Of a DNA stretch of 64,000 bases, positions 53,795 through 63,087 are shown one piece after another. The stretch lies in contig JAIVGZ010000004.1 of the NCBI GenBank assembly GCA_020201335.1, positions 1,764-65,763 on the forward strand. The letters are read 5' to 3'. Origin of the DNA: Natronospirales bacterium (GTDB lineage Bacteria; Pseudomonadota; Gammaproteobacteria; Natronospirales; JAIVGZ01). Every line of letters starts with the position of its first letter. The first letter of the stretch is position 1. Below the pieces are notes generated by a model. That model had not been told where the DNA came from. It ran no database searches and saw only the letters and a list, made by a program, of their open reading frames with translations. The translations under genes were made by a program, and so were the position numbers.

Positions 53795-55366
53795 ATGAGC
53801 GCACCGACCGCGCTTCCGGCCTGGAAGAAGCTGTCAGCGCACAAGGAACGCATCGGCGGCAGCGGCCTGCCGGGCCTCGTCGTCGATGAACCCGACCGCT
53901 TCAGCAAGTTCTCGGTCCGCGCCGATGGCATCCTCTACGACTACTCGCGGCAAAACATAGACTCCGAGGTGCTGGCGGACCTGCTCGCGCTCGCCGAGCA
54001 GCAGAATCTGCCCACATGGCGCGGCCGGCTGTACGGCGGCGACCCGGTAAACGTCACCGAGAAGCGCGCCGCCTTGCACATGGCGCTGCGCACGCAGCCC
54101 GGCGACCGCTGGGAAGTCGGCGGTGTGTCGGTGACCGAGGACGTGATCGCCGAGCGCATGCGCGCGTACGCATTTGCAGAGGCAATCCGAACTGGCGCGT
54201 TGCGGGGTTCAACGGGCGCGCGTTTCACCGATGTGGTGGAGCTCGGCATCGGCGGCTCGCACCTCGGGCCGGCGCTCGCGTGCGATGCACTCGCTGCGTT
54301 CAGCGACCACGCGACGCGCGTGCACTTTGTGTCGAACGCCGACGGCGCGGACCTCGCACGCACGCTCGCGCATTGCCGCCCGGAGGCGACGCTGTTCATC
54401 GCCGCGTCGAAGACCTTTACGACGCAGGAAACCCTGTTGAACGCGCGCACCGCGAGGGCGTGGCTTGAGTCTGCGTTGGGGGAAGGGCAGTTTGCGAAGC
54501 ACTTCGCCGCGGCGACCGCGGCGCCGGACCGTGCCGAGGCGTTCGGTATCCCGCGCGAGCACGTGTTCCGGCTGTGGGAGTGGGTCGGTGGCCGGTTCTC
54601 GCTATGGAGCGCGGTCGGCCTGCCCGCAATGGTCGCGCTGGGCCGGAAACATTTCGACGAGCTGCTCGCCGGCGCCCGCGACATCGACGTGCATTTCCGC
54701 GATGCGCCGCTGGCGGAAAATATTCCGGTGCTGATGGCGCTGGTCGGTATCTGGAACCGCAACTTCTGTGGCGCGACGAGTCACGCGATCCTGCCGTACG
54801 CTGAGGCGCTGTGGCTGCTGCCCACGTACCTGCAGCAGCTGGTGATGGAGAGCCTCGGCAAATGTGTCGACCGGGACAACGCGCACATAGACTACAAGGC
54901 GGCACCCGTCGTCTGGGGCATGCAGGGCACCAGCGGCCAGCACGCGTTCTACCAGCTGTTGCATCAAGGCTCCGACACGATTGGCGTCGACTTCATCGGT
55001 TACCGCGAAGCGATTGAGGGTGACCCGCAGCACCACCCGGTAGTGCTCGCAAACCTGGTCGCGCAGGCGGAGGCGCTGCTGGTCGGCAGCCAGAACCCGG
55101 ACGCGTACCGCAGTTGTGCGGGTGGGCGCGCGTCGTCGGTGCTGGTCTTCGACCGGCTCGACCCGCGCAACCTTGGCCGGCTGATTGCGCTGTACGAGCA
55201 CCAGGTGTTCGTGCAGTCGGTGATCTGGAACTTGAACGCGTTCGACCAGTGGGGCGTTGAGCTCGGCAAGCAGCTCGGCAAACCGCTGCTCACGGAGCTC
55301 ACCGGCGGTGAGCGCGCCGAACACGACCCGGCGACCGCGGGGCTGGTCGACTACCTGCTGAAGTAG
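53795..55366 (+). CDS. pgi: Glucose-6-phosphate isomerase
   Basis: GIGGSHLG, SKTFTTQET, VGGRFSLWS and FDQWGVELGK motifs. Confidence 0.97.
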   Translation: MSAPTALPAWKKLSAHKERIGGSGLPGLVVDEPDRFSKFSVRADGILYDYSRQNIDSEVLADLLALAEQQNLPTWRGRLYGGDPVNVTEKRAALHMALRTQPGDRWEVGGVSVTEDVIAERMRAYAFAEAIRTGALRGSTGARFTDVVELGIGGSHLGPALACDALAAFSDHATRVHFVSNADGADLARTLAHCRPEATLFIAASKTFTTQETLLNARTARAWLESALGEGQFAKHFAAATAAPDRAEAFGIPREHVFRLWEWVGGRFSLWSAVGLPAMVALGRKHFDELLAGARDIDVHFRDAPLAENIPVLMALVGIWNRNFCGATSHAILPYAEALWLLPTYLQQLVMESLGKCVDRDNAHIDYKAAPVVWGMQGTSGQHAFYQLLHQGSDTIGVDFIGYREAIEGDPQHHPVVLANLVAQAEALLVGSQNPDAYRSCAGGRASSVLVFDRLDPRNLGRLIALYEHQVFVQSVIWNLNAFDQWGVELGKQLGKPLLTELTGGERAEHDPATAGLVDYLLK

Positions 55367-55926
55367 GAGCGGTGCTCCGCACCGCGATGGCAGAGGTCTC
55401 AAGTGGCACCGCGCCCACCGCACCGCTCGCTCCTATGGGTTCACCGGCTTTTACAGAGCCGGCTGAAACCCATAAGTCGCTTCGCGCTTGCGCCGTTCGC
55501 TTCTGGCGCGATTCCTTGGACAGGTTGTGCCATCGCGGCCAGAGGGCCGCTCCCACATTTCTCCAGAGTGCTCGGCATGACTCCGAATGTAGGAGCGGCC
55601 CTCTGGCCGCGATGCTCGAGGGTCAGGTGCCGAATGTAGGAGCGGTGCTCCGCACCGCGATGGCAGAGATTCGATAGAACGCGCCGCCGGCAGGCGGCGT
55701 TGGAATGTCACGCCCGCCGTGCAGCGGCGAAGCGAATCAAAAATCGCATTTTTGATGAGCGTGGAGGCGCGCCGGCAGGCGTCGCCGACGAGAACAACAG
55801 CGGTGCTCCGCACCGCGATGGCAGAGATTCGATAGAACGCGCCGCCGGCAGGCGGCCATCCCGAAGTCGCGGATTACAGATCCGCTCCCACAAGTTCAAC
55901 AGGATGACCGCGCCGGCAGGCGCCGC
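55363..55926. repeat. Mosaic REP cluster between pgi and queG
   Basis: Family A at 55363, 55636 and 55799 (truncated); B-B doublet at 55532-55613; C variant at 55866-55891; ~58-bp direct repeat 55641-55698 / 55799-55856; extra hairpins at 55434-55474 and 55736-55756. Confidence 0.88.
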
Positions 55927-55930
55927 TGAC

Positions 55931-56968
55931 TTAAATATGCCGCGCCAGCGCCCACGCGACGTGTTCGCGCACCAGCGCAGACGCATCAGCCTTCCGTGAT
56001 TCAAGCGCCGCGGTGACCGCAGGACTCGACGGCGCGTTCCCGAGCGCAACCGCGATGTTCCTGAGCCAGCGCTCGTGCCCGATGCGGCGGATCGCGCTCC
56101 CTTCGGTATAGCGCGCGAACTCTCCGGCATCCCACGCAAACAACTCCGTCAGCGTTGCAGTGTCCAAGCCGTGCCGCGGTGCGAAGTCGGGTTCCGAGGT
56201 GCGCGTCGCGTAGCGGTTCCACGGGCACACGAGCTGGCAGTCGTCGCAACCGTAGATGCGGTTGCCCATCGCTGCGCGGAATTCCTCCGGTATCGGCCCG
56301 TGGTTCTCAATCGTCAGGTACGAGATGCAACGCCGTGCGTCGAGTTGGTACGGTGCGTCGATCGCACCGGTCGGGCACGCGTCGATGCACGCGGTGCAGC
56401 TCCCGCAGTGGTCGCTCACGGGTTCGTCGAGTGGCAGGTCGAGGTCGGTGTACAAAACGCCGAGGAAAAACCAAGACCCCGCTTCGCGGCTGAGCAGGTT
56501 CGTGTGCTTGCCGACCCAGCCAAGGCCTGCCTTTCGCGCGAGCGGTTTCTCGAGCACCGGCGCCGAATCGACAAACACGCGGTAGCCAAACGAGCCTGCT
56601 GCAGCTTCGATGCGGTCGGCGAGTTGCTGCAGCCGGCGCCGCAGCACCTTGTGGTAATCACGGCCGAGCGCGTAGCGCGACACGAACGCGCGTTCCGGTG
56701 CGCGCAGCGCTGCCCAGGTGCGTTCCGGGTCCTCGGGGAAGTAGTCGAGGCGCGCGACGATCACGCGGCGCGTACCGGGCACCAGTTCATCCGGGCGCGA
56801 ACGGCGCGTGCCATGACGCGCCATGTAGCCCATGTCACCGTGGCGCTCGGCCGCGAGCCATTCACCGAGCCGCGCTTCGTCGGCCGCAAGATCGATGTCG
56901 GTAATGCCGACCTTCTGGAAGCCCAGTTCAAGGCCCCATGCGCGGATCTGTGCGGCGAGTTCGTTCAC
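55931..56968 (-). CDS. queG: Epoxyqueuosine reductase
   Basis: YALGRDYH, VDSAPVLE, CGSCTACIDACPT and IYGCDDCQLVCPWN motifs. Confidence 0.96.
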   Translation of the reverse strand: MNELAAQIRAWGLELGFQKVGITDIDLAADEARLGEWLAAERHGDMGYMARHGTRRSRPDELVPGTRRVIVARLDYFPEDPERTWAALRAPERAFVSRYALGRDYHKVLRRRLQQLADRIEAAAGSFGYRVFVDSAPVLEKPLARKAGLGWVGKHTNLLSREAGSWFFLGVLYTDLDLPLDEPVSDHCGSCTACIDACPTGAIDAPYQLDARRCISYLTIENHGPIPEEFRAAMGNRIYGCDDCQLVCPWNRYATRTSEPDFAPRHGLDTATLTELFAWDAGEFARYTEGSAIRRIGHERWLRNIAVALGNAPSSPAVTAALESRKADASALVREHVAWALARHI

Positions 56969-56986
56969 CAACCTATAATGCCGCAC

Positions 56987-58414
56987 ATGACTGCACTGTC
57001 CCAAGCCGCGTACCGGGCCGCCGACATCCGGGCGGTCGAGGCGCGTGCCGCCGAACGGTATGGGCTCGCCGGCACCGACCTCATGGAGCGCGCCGGCGAC
57101 GCAGCGTTCGCGCTGTTGCGCGCGCGCTGGCCGGACGCGCGCAGCGTCACCGTGCTCGCGGGGCCCGGCAACAACGGTGGCGACGGCCGCGTTGTTGCGA
57201 GGTTGGCCGCGATGGCCGGTTTTTCCGTAACACTTGTTGCGGCTGACTCAATCGCGGCCAGAGGGCCGCTCCCACAAGTACTTGGTGATGTCGACGTGAT
57301 TGTTGATGCGCTGTTCGGCATCGGCTTGAACCGCGCGCCGGACGGTGCAACTGCCAGCTGCATCGAGGCGATGAATGCACACCGCGCGCCGGTGCTTGCG
57401 CTCGACATCCCCTCGGGGTTGCACGCGGACGACGGCACCGCACCGGGTGCAGTCGTGTGCGCCGATGCGACGATTACTTTCCTTGCGGCGAAGCGCGGCC
57501 TGTTCACCGCGGACGGCCCGCGTTGCTGCGGACGCGTTATTGTCGCCGACTTGGGCGTGCCGGCCGGTGCGTTCGACGGCTGCACGCCGGTTGCGACGTT
57601 GGTGGAAACCGGTTTCGCCGCTCGCGCACTCGGCCCGCGTGCGACCGACGCGCATAAGGGCCGTTGCGGGCACGTGCTGGTGATCGGCGGGCGTTCCGGG
57701 ATGAGCGGTGCGGCGCGGCTCGCCGGTGAAGCCGCGCTGCGTTGCGGCGCGGGGCTCGTCAGCATCGCTGCGGCACCGGGCAGCGCCGCGGCAATCGGTG
57801 CCGGACGGCCGGAACTGATGGTGCACGAGTGCGCCAACGCCGACGCACTCGTACCTTTGCTCGAGCGTGCGTCGGTGATTGCGCTTGGCCCAGGTCTCGG
57901 TACCGACGCGTGGGCGCAGGCGATGACCGGCATCGCGTTCCGTGCCGGAGTACCAGTGGTGGTCGACGCTGACGCATTGAACCTGCTGGCGGCGAGTCCG
58001 TTCCGGCGCACGGACTGGATCCTCACGCCGCACCCCGGTGAGGCGGCGCGCCTGCTGGGCCGGCCCGTGCCGGAGCTAATGGCCGACCGTTTTGGCACGG
58101 TTGAAGCGCTGGTCGAGCGGACGGGCGGTGTCGTCGTGCTGAAAGGCGCGGCGACGATTGTAGGCGTCCCCGACTCGACGCCATACATCATCACCGCCGG
58201 CAACCCTGGCATGGCGAGCGGCGGCATGGGTGACTTATTGACCGGCGTAATCGCCGCACTCCGCGCGCAAGGCCTCGACGCTGCAACGGCCGCGTGCGCC
58301 GGCGCGCAAGTACACGCCGAGGCTGGTGACGCCGCAGCGGAGCGCTTTGGCGCACGCGGTATGGTTGCGAGCGATCTGTTTCGCGCGCTGCAGCGCGGGG
58401 TGAACGGGCGGTGA
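56987..58414 (+). CDS. nnr: Bifunctional NAD(P)H-hydrate epimerase/dehydratase
   Basis: LMERAG, GNNGGDG, DALFGIG, DIPSG, GPGLG, LTPHPGE and GGMGDLL motifs. Confidence 0.95.
   Translation: MTALSQAAYRAADIRAVEARAAERYGLAGTDLMERAGDAAFALLRARWPDARSVTVLAGPGNNGGDGRVVARLAAMAGFSVTLVAADSIAARGPLPQVLGDVDVIVDALFGIGLNRAPDGATASCIEAMNAHRAPVLALDIPSGLHADDGTAPGAVVCADATITFLAAKRGLFTADGPRCCGRVIVADLGVPAGAFDGCTPVATLVETGFAARALGPRATDAHKGRCGHVLVIGGRSGMSGAARLAGEAALRCGAGLVSIAAAPGSAAAIGAGRPELMVHECANADALVPLLERASVIALGPGLGTDAWAQAMTGIAFRAGVPVVVDADALNLLAASPFRRTDWILTPHPGEAARLLGRPVPELMADRFGTVEALVERTGGVVVLKGAATIVGVPDSTPYIITAGNPGMASGGMGDLLTGVIAALRAQGLDAATAACAGAQVHAEAGDAAAERFGARGMVASDLFRALQRGVNGR
57251..57275 (-). repeat. REP family B in frame inside nnr
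   Basis: ATCGCGGCCAGAGGGCCGCTCCCAC on +, identical to 55532-55556; read as IAARGPLP. Confidence 0.9.
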
Positions 58415-58869
58415 GCGCCGGGCGCGTGCTCGAGGACGCGGCCGCGACCGAAGCGGCCGGCGCGGCGTTGGCCACCTCGTTGTCCGGCCGCACCGGCGTT
58501 ATTGCGCTGCATGGTGAACTTGGCGCCGGCAAGACGACGCTGGTGCGTGGGCTGCTGCACGCGCTTGGGCACGCCGGTGCGGTGCGAAGCCCGACTTACA
58601 CGCTGGTTGAGCCTTATACGCTCGGCGGCATGCGCGTGCTGCACCTCGACCTGTACCGGCTGGCCGATGCCGCCGAGCTTGACGCGCTGGGGCTGCGCGA
58701 GGAGGTCGGCGATGCGCTGGTACTCGTCGAATGGCCGGAGCGCGCGGCACGCGCGCTGCCCGCTGCGGACCTCGACCTTGTGTTGAGCCACGACGGCGAG
58801 CGCCGCCGTCTGGCCGTACACGCCCACTCGCCGCTGGGCGAGGCCTGCGCTCAAGCCCTTGATAATTAA
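58411..58869 (+). CDS. tsaE: t6A biosynthesis ATPase TsaE
   Basis: GELGAGKTT, SPTYTLVE, HLDLYRL and VEWPE motifs. Confidence 0.96.
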   Translation: MSAGRVLEDAAATEAAGAALATSLSGRTGVIALHGELGAGKTTLVRGLLHALGHAGAVRSPTYTLVEPYTLGGMRVLHLDLYRLADAAELDALGLREEVGDALVLVEWPERAARALPAADLDLVLSHDGERRRLAVHAHSPLGEACAQALDN

Positions 58870-59006
58870 TGAATAATCTAGTGTTTGCTCTCCTGTGAGT
58901 CTGCAATAGCTTGTCCTGCCAAGCCACGGATAAATAAACGAAATTCTTGATTTATCCGTAATCCCGTGTATACCTATAACGGCGAAGTAACGGGAGAGGC
59001 ACCCAA

Positions 59007-60317
59007 GTGCGAGGTTGGGCCGCAATTATTCTGCTGATGCTGCCGCTGGTGGCGGTCGGTCAGTCTGCGCGTGTCGAAGGCGTGCGCGTTTGGGAGGCGC
59101 CCGATAACGTACGCATCGTGTTCGACGTCAGTGGGCCCATTGAGCATTCGGTATTCAAGCTCGACGGCCCCGACCGCATCGTCGTCGACATCACCGACGC
59201 GGTTGCGCGCAACCTGCCGGCGACCGGCATCAACGGCGGTCTGGTCCGCAACGTGCGAACCGGCGTCCGTAACGGAACTGATGTACGCGTCGTTCTCGAC
59301 CTGTCGGGGCCCGCACAGCCGCGCAGCTTCCTGCTACGCCCGAATGACCGTTACGGTCACCGGCTGGTGATTGACCTCGCGCCCGCCCAGGCGCAAGTGC
59401 GTCAGGCAGCGGTCACCCGGAGCGCGCCGACTGCGCTACGCGACCTTGTGATCGCAATCGATGCCGGCCACGGCGGCGAGGACCCGGGTGCAGTTGGCCC
59501 AAGCGGCCTGCACGAGAAGGAAGTCACGCTGCAGATCGCGCGCCGCCTCGCACGGCTGGTCGAAGCAGAATACGGGATGCAAGCTGTTCTGACCCGTACC
59601 GGTGACTACTACGTTGACCGCAGCGAGCGCATCAACCGTGCACGCGCGGCGCGCGCCGACCTGTTCGTATCGATCCATGCCGACGCGTTCACAGATCCAC
59701 GCGCGCACGGTTCATCGGTGTACACGCTGTCCGAACGCGGCGCGACCAGCGAGGCCGCGCGGCTGCTCGCCGAGCGCGAGAACGCTGCCGACCTGATTGG
59801 AGGCGTGCGGCTGAACGACAAGGACGACATGCTCGCGTCGGTGCTGCTCGACCTGTCGCAGACCGGCGTGATCGGCGCGAGTCGAACCGTTGGTGCCGCG
59901 GTCCTGGAACAACTGCATCAAGTCGGGCGTGTGCACAAGCGCGAGGTGCAGGCGGCAAATTTCCTCGTCCTCAAGGCACCCGACGTGCCGTCGATCCTCG
60001 TCGAGACCGCGTTCATCTCGAACCCGACCGAAGAAGGCCGGCTGCGTGATGCGAACCACCAACAGGTGCTCGCGCAGGCGGTGATGGGTGGCATCCGCGC
60101 GTATTTTACCGACCACGCGCCGCCGACCACGCTGGTTGCGGTCAACGGCATTGGCGGCGGACAACGCGGTGGCGTGCCGCACGTGATTGCGCGCGGAGAA
60201 ACGCTGTCGCACATCGCGCGGCGCTACAACGTGAGCATCCAGCAACTGCGCTCCAGCAACAACATCGCATCTGACCGTATTCGCGTCGGGGATACGCTGC
60301 TCATACCGTCAGCCTGA
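59007..60317 (+). CDS. amiB: N-acetylmuramoyl-L-alanine amidase (AMIN + Amidase_3 + LysM)
   Basis: IDAGHGGEDPGA, FVSIHAD and SILVETAFISN motifs; C-terminal LysM; tsaE-amiB-mutL synteny. Confidence 0.92.
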   Translation: MRGWAAIILLMLPLVAVGQSARVEGVRVWEAPDNVRIVFDVSGPIEHSVFKLDGPDRIVVDITDAVARNLPATGINGGLVRNVRTGVRNGTDVRVVLDLSGPAQPRSFLLRPNDRYGHRLVIDLAPAQAQVRQAAVTRSAPTALRDLVIAIDAGHGGEDPGAVGPSGLHEKEVTLQIARRLARLVEAEYGMQAVLTRTGDYYVDRSERINRARAARADLFVSIHADAFTDPRAHGSSVYTLSERGATSEAARLLAERENAADLIGGVRLNDKDDMLASVLLDLSQTGVIGASRTVGAAVLEQLHQVGRVHKREVQAANFLVLKAPDVPSILVETAFISNPTEEGRLRDANHQQVLAQAVMGGIRAYFTDHAPPTTLVAVNGIGGGQRGGVPHVIARGETLSHIARRYNVSIQQLRSSNNIASDRIRVGDTLLIPSA

Positions 60318-60333
60318 CTGGTAAACTCGCTGG

Positions 60334-61919
60334 ATGCCCATCCAGCGCCTGTCGCCCCAGCTCATCAACCAGATCGCGGCCGGCGAGGTCGTCGAACGCC
60401 CCGCATCCGTATTGAAAGAACTGGTCGAGAACGCGCTCGATGCGGGCGCGACCTCGATTGAGGTCGATGCCGAGCAGGGTGGCGTGCGCCGGCTGCTGGT
60501 GCGGGACGACGGCGGCGGCATCGCCGCCGATGAACTCGCGCTCGCGGTCGCCCCACACGCGACCAGCAAGATCGCGTCGCTCGACGAACTGGAACGCGTC
60601 GCGACGCTTGGCTTTCGTGGTGAAGCGCTCGCGTCGATTGGGGCGATCGCGCGCCTGTCGCTGACCAGCAGCGTTTCTGCTGACGGGGCGGGGGTGCGCA
60701 TTGAGGGTGACGGCGGCGGTGAGTGGAGCGAACCGGCGCCGGCGGCGCACCGCCGCGGCACGACCGTCGAGGTGCGCGACTTGTTCTTCAATGTGCCGGC
60801 CCGGCGCAAATTCCTGCGTACCGAGAAGACGGAGTACGGTCACCTTGAGACGGTGTTCCTGCGCGCCGCGCTGTCGCGCTTCGGCGTCGCGTTCCGGCTG
60901 ACGCATAACGGACGCCTGGTGCACGCGCTGCCAGTCGCCGACACGCGCGAAGCGCGCGAACGGCGGATTGCCGCGCTGTGCGGCGACGGTTTCGTCGAAC
61001 AGGCGTTGTTCGTCGAGCACGAAGCGGCGGGGCTCAAGCTGTATGGCTGGATCGCGCAGCCGACCTACTCGCGTGCCCAGGCGGACCTGCAGCACTTCTT
61101 CACCAACGGCCGCATGATCCGGGACCGGCTGGTCGCCCACGCAGTACGCCAGGCGTTCCACGACGTAATGTTCCACGGGCGCCACCCCGCGTATGTGCTG
61201 TACCTCGAGCTGGATCCGGCGCTCGTCGATGTCAACGCGCACCCGCAGAAACACGAAGTGCGTTTCCGTGATTCGCGGCTTGTGCACGATTTCCTGTATC
61301 GCACGATTGCGCAAATCATCAATGCGCAGCGGGCGGGGAGCGGGCTATCGACGGCGTACAAACCTGACAATATCGCGGTGCGGAGCACCGCTCCCACACT
61401 GGAGCAAGCTGCACTCGGTTTCGCCGTGCAGGACCGCACCGCGATTGCAAGCGAACATACCGCGCGTGCGGCAGCCCCGCTCGACGATGCATCGCCGGTA
61501 CCACCCCTCGGCTACGCAATCGCGCAACTGCATGGTGTGTACATCCTCGCAGCCGACGATGCGGGCTTGGTCTTGGTCGACATGCACGCGGCGCATGAGC
61601 GTATCGGCTATGAGCGGCTGAAGCGCGAATGGGCGGAGGGTGGCGTTGCGTCGCAACCGCTGCTCGTGCCGCTGCGCGTGCCGGTGACGCCTGCGGAAGC
61701 CGCGGCCGTCGAGGACGCGCAGACGACGCTCGCCGGGCTCGGGCTGGAGCTTGAGCGGGGTGGGCCGGATTCCGTCACGGTGCGCGCTGCGCCGATGCCC
61801 CTCGCCGACGGCGATCTTGAAGGACTCGTGCGTGACCTTGCCGGAGACCTTGTTGAGCGTGGGCGCAGCACGCGGGTAGAAAACCGCGTGCACGAATTGT
61901 TTGCGAACATGGCCTGCCA
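60334..61919 (+). CDS. mutL: DNA mismatch repair protein MutL, C-terminus missing, fused in frame to miaA
   Basis: [19 protein letters not shown] and DMHAAHER endonuclease motif; sequence breaks off at MAC. Confidence 0.92.
61372..61397 (-). repeat. REP family A in frame in the MutL interdomain linker
   Basis: Read as IAVRSTAPT. Confidence 0.9.
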
Positions 61920-62787
61920 GTACCGCGGCATGGACATCGGCACCGCGAAGCCGGCGACGCCGCACCGGCTCGTCGATATACTCGACCCGAGTGAGCGCTA
62001 CTCGGCGCAGCGTTTCCGTGATGACGCGCTGCGCGAGATTGCGCACATCGTTGCGGCCGGCCGCACGCCGCTCCTGGTCGGCGGCACGATGCTTTATTTC
62101 CGTGCACTGTTCCGCGGTCTGTCTGACCTGCCTGCTGCGGACCCCGCGGTGCGCGCCGGCATCGACGCGCGCGCGCGAGTAGCTGGTTGGCCGGCGTTGC
62201 ACGCGGAACTCGCGCGTGTCGACCCTGCGGCCGCCGAGCGCATCCACCCGAACGACCCGCAGCGGATCCAGCGGGCATTGGAGGTTTGGGAGATTACTGG
62301 GAAGCCGATTAGTGAGTTGCAAAATAGGAATCGCGAATCACAGATTCGCTCCCACAAAGAGATTGGTTTCCACAAAGAGATTGGTTTCCACAAAGAGATT
62401 GGTTCCCACAAAGAAATTGGTTCCCACAAGTTCTTTAAGATTGCGGTTGCGCCTGCCGACCGCGCGGAGCTGCACCGCCGCATCGAGCAGCGCTTCAACA
62501 CGATGCTGGAAGCGGGCTTCGTTGACGAGGTGCGCCGTCTGCGTGCACGCGGTGACCTCGACCCGGACCTGCCTGCCATACGCACGGTTGGCTATCGGCA
62601 GGTATGGCGCCACCTCGAGGGTGCGTGCGACCTCGACGAGGCGGTTCGCACCGCGATCCACGCGACACGGCAGCTTGCGAAGCGCCAGCTCACCTGGTTG
62701 CGCAAGGAGCCCGACCTGCAGTGGCTGGACCCTACGGAACCCGGCTGGTTGCACGCCGGCGAGCAGTGGGCGCGCGTGGCATTGTGA
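61920..62787 (+). CDS. miaA: tRNA dimethylallyltransferase MiaA, N-terminal P-loop missing
   Basis: [31 protein letters not shown] and [11 protein letters not shown] motifs; GPTASGKT is absent. Confidence 0.92.
62330..62430. repeat. REP family C followed by an in-frame 18-bp tandem repeat inside miaA
   Basis: ATCGCGAATCACAGATTCGCTCCCAC, then four GARATTGGTTYCCACAAR units; the protein reads [30 protein letters not shown]. Confidence 0.92.
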
Positions 62788-62830
62788 TACCATCGCTAGC
62801 CCGAAACTCACAAAAAGAAGGAGCTCGGCG

Positions 62831-63070
62831 ATGGCTAAGGGACAATCACTGCAGGACCCGTTCCTGAACGCGCTGCGCAAAGAGAAGGTTCCGGTCTCGA
62901 TTTATCTGGTCAACGGCATCAAACTGCAGGGGCAGATCGATGCATTCGACCAATTCGTCGTTTTGTTGAAGAACACAGTCAGCCAGATGGTGTACAAACA
63001 CGCGATTTCGACGGTCGTGCCTGCGCGCAATGTAAAGTGGAGCGAGAGTGACGAGTCGGAATCCGAATAA
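62831..63070 (+). CDS. hfq: RNA chaperone Hfq
   Basis: [34 protein letters not shown]; AGGAG RBS. Confidence 0.98.
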   Translation: MAKGQSLQDPFLNALRKEKVPVSIYLVNGIKLQGQIDAFDQFVVLLKNTVSQMVYKHAISTVVPARNVKWSESDESESE

Positions 63071-63087
63071 CTGCAACAGGAACACCC

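Noticed and set aside
55363-55930. Repeat cluster as a CRISPR array or as protein-coding ORFs (55372..55677, 55451..55813, 55708..56139)
   Set aside because: Orientations and families are mixed and spacing is irregular. The ORFs are simply translations of stop-free REP sequence.
56075-59025. Long ORFs 56075..58414 (N-terminal extension) and 56965..59025 (minus strand)
   Set aside because: They are antisense shadows of queG, nnr and tsaE; nnr starts at 56987 after TATAAT.
62341-62430. 18-bp repeats as a possible CRISPR array
   Set aside because: The units are contiguous with no unique spacers, lie in frame within miaA, and no cas genes are present in the window.
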